Shown: positions 1 through 12,600 of the stretch, piece after piece
Numbering within the stretch: position 1 is the stretch's first letter
Layout of the letters: every line of letters begins with the position of its first letter
Source of the DNA: Rhizodiscina lignyota
Lineage: Eukaryota
Direction: 5' to 3'
Length of the DNA: 64,000 nucleotides
Assembly: GCA_010015805.1 (NCBI GenBank)
Contig: ML978131.1
Span: 62,001 to 126,000 of the forward strand
The notes under the pieces: generated by a model
Database searches by the model: none
The model's input: the letters and a program-made list of their open reading frames with translations, nothing else
What the model was told of the DNA's origin: nothing
Position numbers and translations under genes: made by a program

Positions 1-174
1 CTAGAAACAGCGCTCAAGAAGAATATGGGAGGCGACAACTTGTTCGAGGTTGCCGCAGAACAGTGGGCCCCGAAGGTAGTTGTGAGCGGGAAGAATGGCA
101 AGCTCATTACAGGCCAGAACCCTGCGAGCGCGGGACCAATTGGAGAAGCGGTATTGGAGGCCATATCTGCATAG
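1..174 (+). CDS. 3' end of DJ-1/PfpI (Hsp31-like glyoxalase III) family protein, partial
   Basis: Frame 1 reads LETALKKNMGG...WAPKVVVSGKNGKLITGQNPASAGPIGEAVLEAISA*; LITGQNPASA is the typical Hsp31/DJ-1 C-terminal motif; TAG at 172-174. Confidence 0.85.
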   Translation, partial: LETALKKNMGGDNLFEVAAEQWAPKVVVSGKNGKLITGQNPASAGPIGEAVLEAISA

Positions 175-363
175 GCCTTCAGTTGGTCTATGTTTGTCAA
201 ACTTTACCAGGCGCGGCTTCAGCACAAATTTCAAACACGTAACAGTAACTCACAGGGGCAAAGTCCAGGTTAATCGATCATCATCTTCTCCTTGTAATTC
301 AAGCTGCCTAGCAATAAGCTTTTTATAGAAGGTTAATCCCATCTTTCTCTTCTACCTCCGGCT

Positions 364-2102
364 TTACAGACCAAAGTACCTACGCTCCAGCCATCTAAGC
401 GGAACATACAGAGCGATGGTTACTCCAACCTCCAGCTCCCAAGAGATGTCTAGTGAGAAGCGTAAGTATAACAACGACTTTCCGAAAATCTTCAATGGGA
501 CTCACCTGTTCCAAAAGGCGGATTTCCAACTCCTAAGGCGATTGGACCGACCCACCTTTCCCAATTAGCGTAACTTGACAAAGATGTTTCTTCCACACTT
601 ACCAGGTCTGGCTCATACAAAGCACACCAATGACTGTGCCAATTATGAAAACAACAAGAGCCGCGATTCCCTTTGGCAGTTTCGATTCGTTGTTCCACGC
701 ATCGAGGTCGTACTGGAAACCTCTCCTCCACACGAAATGCTCCATTGCCAGGATCACCAACCACGGAGTTAGCCAGTACGCTATCACATTCAAGAAGTTC
801 TCCATAGCTTCCTGTAAATCGTTCCGACCGGCGATTGCGGCAACAAGGAAAATTGCGCCGCCTATGATGGACCAAAAGAATCGCGGGACCTTAATCAGCG
901 ATTCACTGAGCATCTGTACGTTCAAGCCGAGTGAGTAGATGTTGGCAGTCACGACGGCGATGACGGATAACGATAAGATGGTTTCAATGAAATAGCCAAA
1001 GTTGCGGACACCAGTGCCGTAGCCAACAAAGATTTCGCCCAAGATACCACCAACACCGGCCTTGTCGAAAGCTGCTTGGAATGCGCCACTTCCGCTGACT
1101 GAGGTCATCAGCGCTGCGCCGAGACATTCGATGAGGAAGCCACCCCAGAAGAGCCCATTCCAAGTCCAGAGGAATATAACCCATGGCTTACGATCTTCTC
1201 GCATATAGACGGCGTAGTCTGCTGCAATACCGCCCCAACTGACTTGGAAAGCCCAGATTGCTGTGCCGAACGACAAGATACTGCTGGTCTCGGCTGGGCC
1301 TTTACCCATCGGTACGTTGACGAAATGCTTCGCGCCGAAACCTGCGATGATGCAGAAGCAAACCGTCATGATCATCCATGAATACCTCTCGAATTTGTGC
1401 ACCCATTTGTAGCCAGTGACTGAAACGACGATTGCCACGAGACCGAGCAGGAGGACGGCAACAGCAAGTGGCAGCTTGCCTTGTCCGACATCATACAGGA
1501 TGACCGCACCGGCAATTGTATTGACCATCGCCCATCCGATCATGTTGACGCCATTCAGGAAAGCAACGAGCTTCGATGGCCACCATCCAAAGGAGTATCG
1601 GTTTACGACCATAGCGCGTAAGCCTAGCTTTGGACCAAATGTCGCAACAAGTGAAGGCGGGACAGCACCAACTATGTTGAAGAACAAGAGCGCTGAGGAT
1701 AATGAGCCCCTGTCTCTGACACAGTTTCGTTCACGAAACGGAATACTCTTACTTACCAAGGAATGAGTCCCACCAGCCCAAATCGAAGAGAGCAGGTCCG
1801 AGTGTGCCAAAGGCCAGAGTTGCAGTGCAAACGTTGGCACTCATGAAGAGCGTAAACATGTCGAATGGGTTTTGGTTCGTCCGAAGCTCCGCGGGAATCC
1901 TTTCTATGCCTCCTTCTTCAGCGCCATATTTTCCTGCCCACTCTCGCAGTCGCAGGCCCCAGGACGCTACTTTGCCGACAGGATGAATGTCTCCAGTGGT
2001 AACATCTATCGTCGCGCTTTCGCCATACACTTCCTTCGCAAAAATCTTGCGTGCGTCAATCTCGACATGTTGCTCTTCATCAACGTGTTCTGGAACACCC
2101 AT
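364..2102 (-). CDS. Purine-cytosine permease (NCS1/FCY2 family), multi-exon
   Basis: ORFs 1749..2108 and 599..1840 give EEGGIERIP, FTLFMSAN, FGPKLGLRAMV, RYSFGW and many hydrophobic helices; two short 3' exons end ...WLERRYFGL* (stop 364-366); ATG at 2102. Confidence 0.9.
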
Positions 2103-2247
2103 TTTCACCGCTTGGGCAAAGCTTTCGAATCCCTATGTCTACCTTCCTCAAACAGGGGACTGGGAAAGAAAAGCGCGGAAACTGAAAACATGAGGTAAGG
2201 CATTCGGGCTTTAACTCTCTCAAGATCAGCCATAACAGATGCAGGAT

Positions 2248-2628
2248 CGATAAGAAAGTTCCAGACTCGATTGTACAATAGCCGGAAACAGATCACATAA
2301 ATGGAATTCTATGCTCTCCCTCTTCTCCCATTCGTCTGGCATCGCTGTGACCCTTGAGGCTTGATAAGAGTGCACAGGGCTGACGGTGACATTACCGCGC
2401 GTATCCCAATTCTGCAATAGGAATCTTGTTTCAAAGGCAGCTCGATCATTTCCTTGTCCACTTTGCCAGGGTGAGGTTTGGCATATCATGAGCGTTCCCC
2501 AGAAAACGGGGAAATGCCACGACTCTTTACAGGGGCGACTTGCAGATAAGGCGAGCCTCTAGGCTCTCGATGATGGCGAAGCGCGCGGAAGCTTGCTCCC
2601 TCAATGCTTCAATCAGATACTGAGATAG
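2248..2628. promoter_or_regulatory. Cluster of HGATAR (AreA/Nit2-type) sites in the divergent permease/guanine deaminase promoter
   Basis: CGATAA 2248, TGATAA 2362, AGATAA 2544, AGATAG 2623; both genes act in purine uptake or catabolism. Confidence 0.5.
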
Positions 2629-2855
2629 CGGCCAATGGATTGGAGTAAGCGTGGCTTCGGTGGTGTGTCATGGTTTCTGTGTGGATCGGCTTGCTGTTTC
2701 AGGCCCCGATCAAGGGTTCGTTGCTGCATTTCGCGGGGTGGTGCGTTCACCATTCGACAACATTCATTTAAACCTTGTGATGACGAACATTATGACAATC
2801 AGAGCGAATAAGGTACGTAAAGGCATGAAAACGCATCAATTGATGAGTTGTTAAC

Positions 2856-4264
2856 ATGACAATGTCGAAGCAAGTGTTTTACGGCCGGATTGTGCACAGC
2901 AGAAGTCTCACAAATCTTGAAATACTTTCCAAAGCCGCTCTCGGAGTCGACGAGAATGGCAAAATCAAATTTCTTGACAATGGAATCGATTCAGCAGAAG
3001 CGGCTTGCAAGAAGCACAGGGGTTTTGAGAATGCTGCCTGTACTACGTTGAAGCCTCTCCAATTTCTATTTCCCGGTTTGATCGATTGTCATTTGCATGC
3101 TCCGCAATGGCCGAATCTCGCAATTGGCATGGAAGGTACACTTCGAGAATGGGTCGAAAATTACACAGATCCCATTGAAGAGTCTTACCATGATAATGAA
3201 AAGGCGCAGCGGGTGTATTCAGAAATGGTTCAGAAAGAGTTGGAGATTGGCAGCACTACCGTCGCATACAACTCTACAATCCATTACCAGGCGACGAATA
3301 CTCTTGCGGACATGTGTATGAAATACGGCCAGCGTGCTGTAATAGGAAAGCTATGTATTGTTCAGGGATCTACGCATGGCAACTGGGAGGCATCGTCCGA
3401 GCAGAGTCTCGAAGATGCACAGAAGAGCGTGGATTACATTCAAAAGATCGATCCGCATGAGACACTCGTAATGCCATGCTTGCAGCCCCGTGGAGGGCCA
3501 TATGCTCCGCCGAAGCTCATGGCTGGACTTGGTGAGAAGACGCAGAACAAGGGCGGAGAGAAGATCAGAGTACAAGCGCATATGTGCGAAACAACAGATG
3601 ACATGGCGCGCACATTCAAGGTGCACGAAGGCTTCCAAAACTACTCCGACATGTATAAGTCGTATGGCATGTTGCACGAAAAGAGCATTCTCGCCCATTG
3701 CATTCATCTGTCAGAGAAGGACATTAGCAACCTGGTCGAGACGAAAGCTGGAGTGGCGCATAATCCAAACAGCAACACATGCCTTCGAGATGGCGAATGT
3801 CGAGTGCGACAACTACTGAAGGCAGGCGTTAAGGTTGGATTGGGAACAGGTACGTCCGACAATTGGCTCGAGTGCAATCTTGCTGACGCGCTCGACCATC
3901 AGACTGCTCTGCTGGCTATTCAACTTTCATGTTGGACTCCATGAGGCAAGCCAGCAATGTTTCGAGGCATCTTGCAATGCACACCGGCAACGATGAGTGG
4001 ACCCTTAAATTCTCCGAGCTGGTGTATTTGGCTACGATGGGATCTGCAAGCGTCGTAGCTTTGGAAGATAAGGTTGGCAATTTCGAGGTTGGTAAATGCT
4101 TCGATGCGCTCATCATCGATACTGGACTTCATGACTGCATCAACATTGCCGGATGGGAAAAGGATGACCTGGCCTTGGTGAAGAAATGGGTATTCATGGG
4201 AGATGACAGATCCATACGAAAGGTATTTGTGAACGGAAAGCTCGTCGCTGGAAAGGAAAAGTAA
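2856..4264 (+). CDS. GUD1: Guanine deaminase (amidohydrolase superfamily)
   Basis: PGLIDCHLHAPQW, QAHMCE, LAHCIHL, HNPNSN and GLGTD motifs; one intron about 3850-3902; C-terminal GDDRSIRKVFVNG. Confidence 0.92.
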
Positions 4265-4711
4265 CTCTGCAGATGCAGAGCTTGAGGATGCTTTCTGCCT
4301 AGGGCAATGAGCTAAAATTTCGTTCTCCGTAGTGGAGCGGTATTCCGCGTCGCGTTGCGTGTCCCTGGCGTCTGCATCCTGGAACCTTGTTGAGTATATA
4401 CTTAAAATGTCGCCCACAGAGTAGCGCCAATACAGTTATACCACACCTTGGGCGACAGATCCGCGCATCGTTTGTTTATTGTCCCTGCATTACACCTGAA
4501 TGGTCTCGACATTATAATTATTTAGCGAATTCAGAAACGACCGCGCCACTCTGCACTTCTGCAACGATCTTCGAGGTCCCTCAGAATATCTCAGTCCGAG
4601 GATCAAAAGTGAATTAACCTTGGCGCGGCTCGTAAATCAGGCAGCCATTTGTATTTATTGAACTGATGATTCCGTGGATGGCTCATCTGCATTAAACAAC
4701 CTCAGTTCAAC

Positions 4712-5425
4712 ATGACCAATTTCACCATCGACATCACCAGCGACCCAATCTGTGTCTTTGTATGTCGTTTAAACTATAAACCTGTGATTTGGTATACTGA
4801 TCTAAGAATACAGTGCTATCTCGGCAAACGACGCCTTGAAAAAGCAATCTCGCTATGGCACAAGACGGCGTCGAAAACCGACACTTTTACAATATCGTGG
4901 AAACCGTACTATCTGCAACCAAATCTGCCCGCTGAAGGTGTCGATAAGATTCAGAAAATGACCGAACGTATGGGGGAGGAGAAAGCTAAGCTCGCACGAA
5001 AACGGTTATTACAGATGGGACAGTTCGAAGGCATCGACTTCCATTTTGGCGGCAAGATCAGGAGCACGCGTGATTCACATCGGCTAACGAGGCTCGCGGA
5101 GGAGAAGGGAGAAGAAACGACGGACAAGGTGGTAGAGAGGCTGTTTCACGAGTTTCATGAGAACGAGAATGATATCGGTGATCGTGAGTTACTGGTCAGA
5201 ATTGGGACTGAGGCTGGCTTGGATGCAGAGGAAGTAAGATTGTACCTGGAGGGCGACAATGGAGGTGAAGAATGTGACAGGGAGGCGCAAGAGGCACGGG
5301 ATAAGGGTATTATAGGTGTGCCTTATTTTCGGATCCAGGACAAGTACGTGATCGATAGCGCACAAGATCCAAGCGACTTCATGGAGATATTCCAGAAAGT
5401 GAGAGAGGATGAATCTGGGCGATGA
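4712..5425 (+). CDS. DSBA-like thioredoxin-fold protein (FrnE-like)
   Basis: IDITSDPICVF/CYLGKRRL across an intron (about 4760-4813), GIIGVPYF cis-Pro motif. Confidence 0.85.
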   Translation: MTNFTIDITSDPICVFVCRLNYKPVIWYTDLRIQCYLGKRRLEKAISLWHKTASKTDTFTISWKPYYLQPNLPAEGVDKIQKMTERMGEEKAKLARKRLLQMGQFEGIDFHFGGKIRSTRDSHRLTRLAEEKGEETTDKVVERLFHEFHENENDIGDRELLVRIGTEAGLDAEEVRLYLEGDNGGEECDREAQEARDKGIIGVPYFRIQDKYVIDSAQDPSDFMEIFQKVREDESGR

Positions 5426-5631
5426 TAGACAGCGACTTTTCGAATATAAACACTCGAGAATGCTGCTCAAACCTGTATCGAATTGTCGGCCTGATCTAGA
5501 CGAGTATGCCCTACGAAAGTCATGATTTCGACGAGCTATCCATCAGCTAGGAAATCCCACCATGCTCGAGTCAAATGCCATGTAATGGAAACATGCAAGA
5601 TACGCCTTGTCGCTGCTCTGCAAACATCCAC

Positions 5632-6231
5632 TTATCGCTTCTTCGACTGTGACTCCTTGAGCACCTTCTTCACAATCTTCTGCTCCTCGATCAAGAACGC
5701 CCTCACAACTCTATCCTTCACGCAGTTTGCACATCGCGAACCGCCATATGCGCGCTGGACGGTCTTCTGAGGGCGGGAGATGGTTGCGTATTCGCGAGGG
5801 CGGAGGGCGGGGATCTATTTGGTTGAACTCCGTCAGCAAATGTGTCCATCAGGTCTACGTTGAATGATAGAGCGTCGAAATGGCCCAAAATGTGAAAACG
5901 TACGCCTGCAAGCTTGGTGCCACAGTCACCGCACTTTGGTGGGCTGCCCTTCTTCTTGGTGTGGAGGAATCGGAGGTTGCCACCAGGAGTCTTAATGACA
6001 CGGACTTTGTTCGAACGGGTATTGTATCTATCCACCCATTGTCAGCCCTGGCTTTCCATGATATAAATTACTGCTCGATTTCTCGACTGTGGTCGTGGTA
6101 GGAGCGAAACGAGGTTCTGGGACAAGGTACGTACGGTTGCCTTCGGCGCTGTAGTCGCAAACGCATCAGCTATCCATCTTTGTAAAACGTAAAAGCACTA
6201 CACTTACGTATGTTAATCTCGTGGAAGGCAT
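5632..6231 (-). CDS. RPL34: 60S ribosomal protein L34 (eL34), 4 exons
   Basis: Spliced [29 protein letters not shown]...[47 protein letters not shown]. Confidence 0.95.
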
Positions 6232-6633
6232 CTTGACTGATGTTCAGCGGCGATGCTGTGTGGTTGTTGATGTCGCCGAATTGGAGGTTCGCGATGCGAA
6301 AACGTTGTGGGCGGCTTGGCGTTCTGCACGGAGCGCCGGAGCAACAGAATCTCCGGATCGCTGCGGCGCGATTTGCGCCAAGACCATGACTTTTCCAAAC
6401 ATGTACTATCTCGTGCCACCGCGACGTGCTTAACTCCACATTGCGGGCGAGAGGTATCGCAGCTTTCTCACCTTCATTCACCCTTTTCTACTTCTTCCTT
6501 CTACAGGCTCGATATTCAATCCGCCTGCAGTCTGTGAAGAGGAAAACTCACAGGAGCGCATTGCTCCTTGCCACCGAGGCACCCCCCTCGACTTTTCTCA
6601 ATCTCGAGAAGCAATCCTCCAAACACCACCACA

Positions 6634-9600
6634 ATGTCTGGAATTCCTCCTCCACCACCAGGATGGCAGCCGCCCCCTCCACCAGGCCCTCCACCAGGCA
6701 TGTCTGCCGCTCCGCCTCCGCCAGGCTATCGGCCTCCAGCAGATCCTCAAACCGCGAAGTTCGCGCAGAAGAAGAAGGAATGGTTGAGATCACAGCGACA
6801 GAGATTCGGCGAGAAGAGGAAAGGTGGCTTTGTGGAGACACAGAAAGTTGATATGCCGCCTGAGCATCTGCGAAAGATTGTCAAGGATGTTGGCGATGTG
6901 TCGCAGAAGAAATTCAGCAGCGACAAGCGCAGCTATCTCGGTGCGCTGAAGTTCATGCCGCATGCTGTTCTCAAGCTTCTTGAGAATATGCCGATGCCGT
7001 GGGAGTCAACACGCGACGTCAAGGTGCTGTATCACGTCAACGGCTGTCTCACCTTGGTCAACGAGGTACCGCGTGTGATTGAGCCAGTCTTTCACGCGCA
7101 GTGGGCTACAATGTGGGTGGCTATGCGGCGAGAGAAGAGCGATAGGCGACACTTCAAGCGCATGCGATTCCCTCCCTTTGACGATGAGGAACCACCACTG
7201 TCGTGGTCGGAGAACATTGAAGATGTTGAGCCCTTGGAGCCAATCCAGATGGAACTTGACGAAGAGGAGGATGGACCGGTGTACGAGTGGTTTTACGAGC
7301 ATCAGCCACTTTTGGATACACCAAACGTCAACGGACCAAGCTACAAGACCTGGAATCTCACGTTGCCGCAGATGGCGACGCTTTACCGTCTAAGTCATCA
7401 GCTCCTCAGTGATCTGGTTGACAAGAACTACTTCCACATGTTCGACAAGGAGAGCTTTTTCACAGCGAAAGCTCTCAACGTCGCCATCCCAGGCGGCCCT
7501 CGCTTCGAGCCTCTCTACAAGGACATCGATCCCAACGACGAAGATTTTGGCGAATTCAACGCCATCGACCGCATCATCTTCCGTGCGCCGATCCGAACCG
7601 AATACCGCGTGTCATTCCCATACCTCTACAACTCCCTCCCTCGAAGCGTGAAGCTTTCCTGGTATTCATATCCTCAGGTTGTCTATGCCCATGCCAAAGA
7701 CCCCAATCTCCCAGCCTTCTACTTCGATCCGATCATCAACCCAATTTCTGCACGGACGGTCGCACCAAAGAACGTCACAGTCCGTCACGAAGACGAAATA
7801 TTTGGACTTGGCAATGATGAGGATGACGAGTTCGAGCTTCCAGCTGCGGTTGAACCGTTCTTCGCGGATGAGGAACTGTACACGGACGAAACAGCATCTG
7901 CGATTTCGCTTTGGTGGGCACCTTATCCCTTTGATAGGAGATCGGGTAAGATGGTACGCGCTCAAGACGTGCCACTCGTGAAACAGTGGTATCTGGAGCA
8001 TGTTCCGGGTGGTCAGCCGGTCAAAGTTCGAGTTTCGTACCAGAAACTTCTCAAGAGCTACGTTCTAAATGAGCTCCACAAGCGGCCACCGAAGGCTCAG
8101 AATAAGCAGAATCTGATGCGGTCTCTGAAGTCAACCAAGTTCTTCCAGCAAACCACCATCGACTGGGTCGAAGCAGGTCTTCAGGTCTGCCGGCAGGGCT
8201 TCAACATGCTCAATCTCTTGATTCATCGCAAGAATCTCACGTATCTCCATCTCGACTACAACTTCAACCTGAAGCCCATCAAGACTTTGACGACCAAGGA
8301 GCGAAAGAAGTCTCGGTTCGGAAACGCCTTCCATCTCATGCGGGAAATCCTGCGATTGACAAAGCTCATCGTTGATGCTCAAGTACAGTACCGGCTTGGC
8401 AATATCGACGCTTTCCAGCTTGCTGACGGTATCATGTACGCATTCAACCATGTTGGACAGCTTACGGGCATGTACCGTTACAAGTACAAGCTTATGCATC
8501 AAATTCGGTCTTGCAAAGATCTGAAGCATCTCATCTACTACCGCTTCAACTCCGGCCCAGTTGGCAAAGGACCAGGCTGTGGCTTTTGGGCGCCGGCATG
8601 GCGTGTTTGGCTGTTCTTCATGCGAGGGATTATCCCATTGCTTGAGCGCTGGCTCGGTAACTTACTATCAAGGCAGTTTGAGGGTCGTCACAGCAAGGGC
8701 GTCGCAAAAACTGTCACCAAGCAGCGTGTGGAGTCCCACTTCGACCTCGAGCTGAGGGCATCTGTTATGGCAGATCTCATGGATATGATGCCGGAGGGCA
8801 TTAAGCAGAACAAAGTCAACACTGTCCTGCAACATCTTTCTGAAGCTTGGAGATGCTGGAAGAGCAACATCCCATGGAAGGTGCCTGGTCTTCCAGCGCC
8901 CATTGAGAACATCATCTTGCGCTACGTAAAGAGCAAGGCTGACTGGTGGATTTCGGTTGCACACTACAACCGCGAGCGTATCCGCCGTGGTGCGACCGTG
9001 GACAAGACCGTAGCGAAGAAGAATCTTGGTCGATTGACCCGACTCTGGCTTAAGGCCGAGCAGGAGCGGCAGCACAACTACATGAAGGATGGACCGTACG
9101 TGTCTTCCGAAGAAGCTGTTTCGATCTACACGACTACGGTCCATTGGCTCGAGTCAAGGAAGTTCCAGCCAATACCATTCCCAAGCGTTTCGTACAAACA
9201 TGACACAAAGATCCTCATCCTTGCTCTGGAGAGGCTCAGGGAGGCGTATTCTGTCAAGGGTCGTTTGAACCAGAGTCAACGTGAGGAGCTGGCACTCATT
9301 GAGCAAGCCTACGACTCACCAGGAACCACGCTTGCTCGCATTAAGCGGTTCTTGCTCACGCAGCGAGCCTTCAAGGAAGTCGGTATTGACATGAACGACA
9401 ACTACAGCACTATCAATCCCGTTTATGATATCGAGCCAATCGAGAAGATCACAGATGCATACCTTGACCAGTACCTCTGGTATCAGGCCGATCAGCGACA
9501 CTTATTTCCGTCATGGATCAAGCCCTCAGACTCTGAAGTGCCTCCACTGTTGACTTACAAGTGGGCACAAGGCATCAACAACCTGGACAATGTCTGGGAG

Positions 9601-12600
9601 TTCAAGGATGGCGAATGCAATGTCATGATCGAGAGTCAGCTTTCGAAAGTTTACGAGAAGATTGATCTCACATTGCTCAACCGCTTGCTGCGCTTGATCA
9701 TGGACCACAACTTGGCTGATTACATCACGTCGAAGAACAATGTTCAACTCAACTACAAGGACATGAATCACATCAACACCTATGGAATGATCAGGGGTCT
9801 TCAATTCTCCGCCTTTGTCTTCCAGTACTATGGTCTGGTTATTGACCTCTTACTGCTTGGTTTACAGCGAGCTAGTGACTTGGCTGGGCCGGCGCAGACT
9901 CCAAATGACTTCTTGCAATTCAGAGATCGGGCGACAGAAACCAAGCATCCTATTCGGCTCTACACACGATACATTGATCGCATCTGGATGTTCTTCCGCT
10001 TTTCAGCAGAGGAAGCTAAAGAGCTCATTCAGCGTTTCTTGACTGAACAGCCAGATCCCAACTTCGAGAACGTCATCGGATACCATAACAAGAAATGCTG
10101 GCCAAGAGACTCCCGGATGAGGCTCATGAGGCACGATGTTAACCTTGGTCGTGCCGTATTCTGGGATCTCAAGAACCGCCTGCCTCGCTCAGTGACGACG
10201 ATTGAGTGGGATGATACTTTCGCGAGCGTCTACAGCCGTGATAACCCAAATTTGTTGTTCTCAATGTGCGGCTTCGAGGTCCGCATTCTACCGAAGATCC
10301 GGAACCTTGGCGACGAGTTCCCTACCAAAGACAGCGTTTGGTCATTGGTTGATAACACTACCAAGGAGCGTACTGCACACGCGTTCTTACAAGTCACTGA
10401 AGAGGATATTGCGAAGTTCAACAACCGCATCCGCCAGATCCTGATGTCTTCTGGTTCGACAACCTTCACCAAGATCGCAAATAAATGGAATACTGCGCTC
10501 ATCGCTCTATTCACATATTATCGCGAGGCTGCTGTGTCTACGGTGAACCTGCTCGACACCATCGTCAAGTGTGAAACCAAGATCCAGACGCGTGTCAAGA
10601 TTGGTCTCAATTCCAAGATGCCCTCCCGTTTCCCGCCAGCAGTGTTCTACACACCGAAGGAATTGGGTGGTCTTGGTATGATATCTGGATCTCACATCCT
10701 TATCCCTGCGAGCGACAAACGATGGTCGAAGCAGACCGACACTGGCGTGACTCACTACCGAGCTGGCATGTCTCATGATGAGGAGACTCTCATCCCCAAT
10801 ATCTTCCGTTACATCATTCCTTGGGAAGCCGAGTTCATTGACTCGCAGCGTGTCTGGACAGAGTACTCGCAGAAGCGTCTGGAGGCGAATCAACAGAACC
10901 GTCGTCTGACACTTGAGGACCTGGAGGACAGCTGGGACCGTGGCCTGCCCCGTATCAATACGCTCTTCCAGAAGGACCGTAGCACACTTAGCTTCGACAA
11001 GGGCTTCCGTGCAAGGACAGAGTTCAAGACCTACCAGCTTATGAAGAGCAATCCCTTCTGGTGGACGAGTCAGCGCCATGATGGCAAGTTATGGAACCTG
11101 AATGCCTATCGAACGGACGTCATTCAGGCTCTTGGTGGCGTTGAGACTATCCTTGAACATACGCTATTCAAGGCGACCGCCTTTCCATCTTGGGAAGGTT
11201 TATTCTGGGAGAAGGCCTCCGGCTTCGAAGGTGCATACCCCTTGACACACCCCTATCATCCTTAAACACTTCCCTCAAGTCCTTACCCTTCTTTTTCTTC
11301 TTTTTGGACTTCGACATGTTCGTTATTACACTGTTGTTCTGTTCATTCTTGTGGAGAGCACTATTGTGTTCCCAGAAGCATTGCACTCTTCTTCTGTTCA
11401 TCTTTGAGTAGAGCACTGTTGTGTTCCCACAATTAGTGCACCCTATCTCTGTTCATCCTTCTGGAGAGCACTTTTGTGTTCCCAGAATTAGTGCACTCTA
11501 CTTCTGTTTACCCTTCTGGCGACTGCCGTTGTGTTCCCAGAATTATTGCACTCTTCTTCTGTTGATCCTTCCAACGTGCTAACATATATACAGAGTCCAT
11601 GAAATTCAAAAAGCTTACAAACGCCCAACGCTCTGGACTGAACCAAATTCCGAACCGTCGCTTCACTCTTTGGTGGTCACCAACCATCAATCGCGCGAAT
11701 GTCTATGTCGGTTTCCAAGTTCAGCTGGATTTGACGGGTATCTTTCTGCACGGCAAGATCCCGACACTCAAGATCTCTCTGATCCAGATCTTCCGGGCCC
11801 ATCTGTGGCAGAAGATCCATGAATCAATAGTGCGACCCCTGGCTCCGTGATGTTTTTGAGACTCTGCTGACGTCAAATCAGGTTATGGATCTTTGCCAGG
11901 TTTTCGACCAAGAAATGGAGGCCCTCAGCGTAGAGACTGTGCAAAAAGAGACGATTCACCCTCGAAAATCGTACAAGATGAACAGTTCCTGTGCGGACAT
12001 CCTTCTATTTGCCAGCCACAAGTGGAGCGTGACTCAACCTTCACTTCTCTATGACACCAAGGATATCATAGCCTCGACCACGACCAACAAGTTCTGGATC
12101 GACGTGCAACTTCGATATGGCGACTACGATTCTCACGACATTGAGAGATATGTGCGCGCCAAGTATCTCGACTACACCACTGATAGCATGAGCATCTATC
12201 CTTCGGCTACTGGTCTGATGATAGGCATCGATCTCGCGTATAACCTCTACTCTGCTTACGGTCAATACTTCCCTGGTCTGAAGCAGCTTGTTCAGCAGGC
12301 AATGGCCAAGATCATGAAAGCAAACCCGGCGTTGTACGTGTTACGCGAACGTATTCGAAAGGGTCTTCAACTCTATGCATCTGAGAGCAATCAGGAGTTC
12401 CTGAACTCGCAGAACTACTCGGAGCTATTCAGCAATCAGATCCAGCTCTTCATTGACGACACCAACGTCTATCGTGTCACTATTCACAAGACATTTGAAG
12501 GCAATTTGACCACAAAGCCCATCAACGGAGCGATCTTCATCTTCAATCCTAGAACTGGACAGCTGTTCCTCAAGATCATCCACACGAGCGTCTGGGCCGG

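Noticed and set aside
11200..11230. PRP8 intein
   Set aside because: FWEKASGFE is uninterrupted and the nearby insertion has GT...CTAAC...CAG intron signals and in-frame stops, with no C...HN intein ends.
11323..11572. CRISPR-like array
   Set aside because: Units are contiguous and homologous over their full length with no unique spacers; eukaryotic intron; no cas genes.
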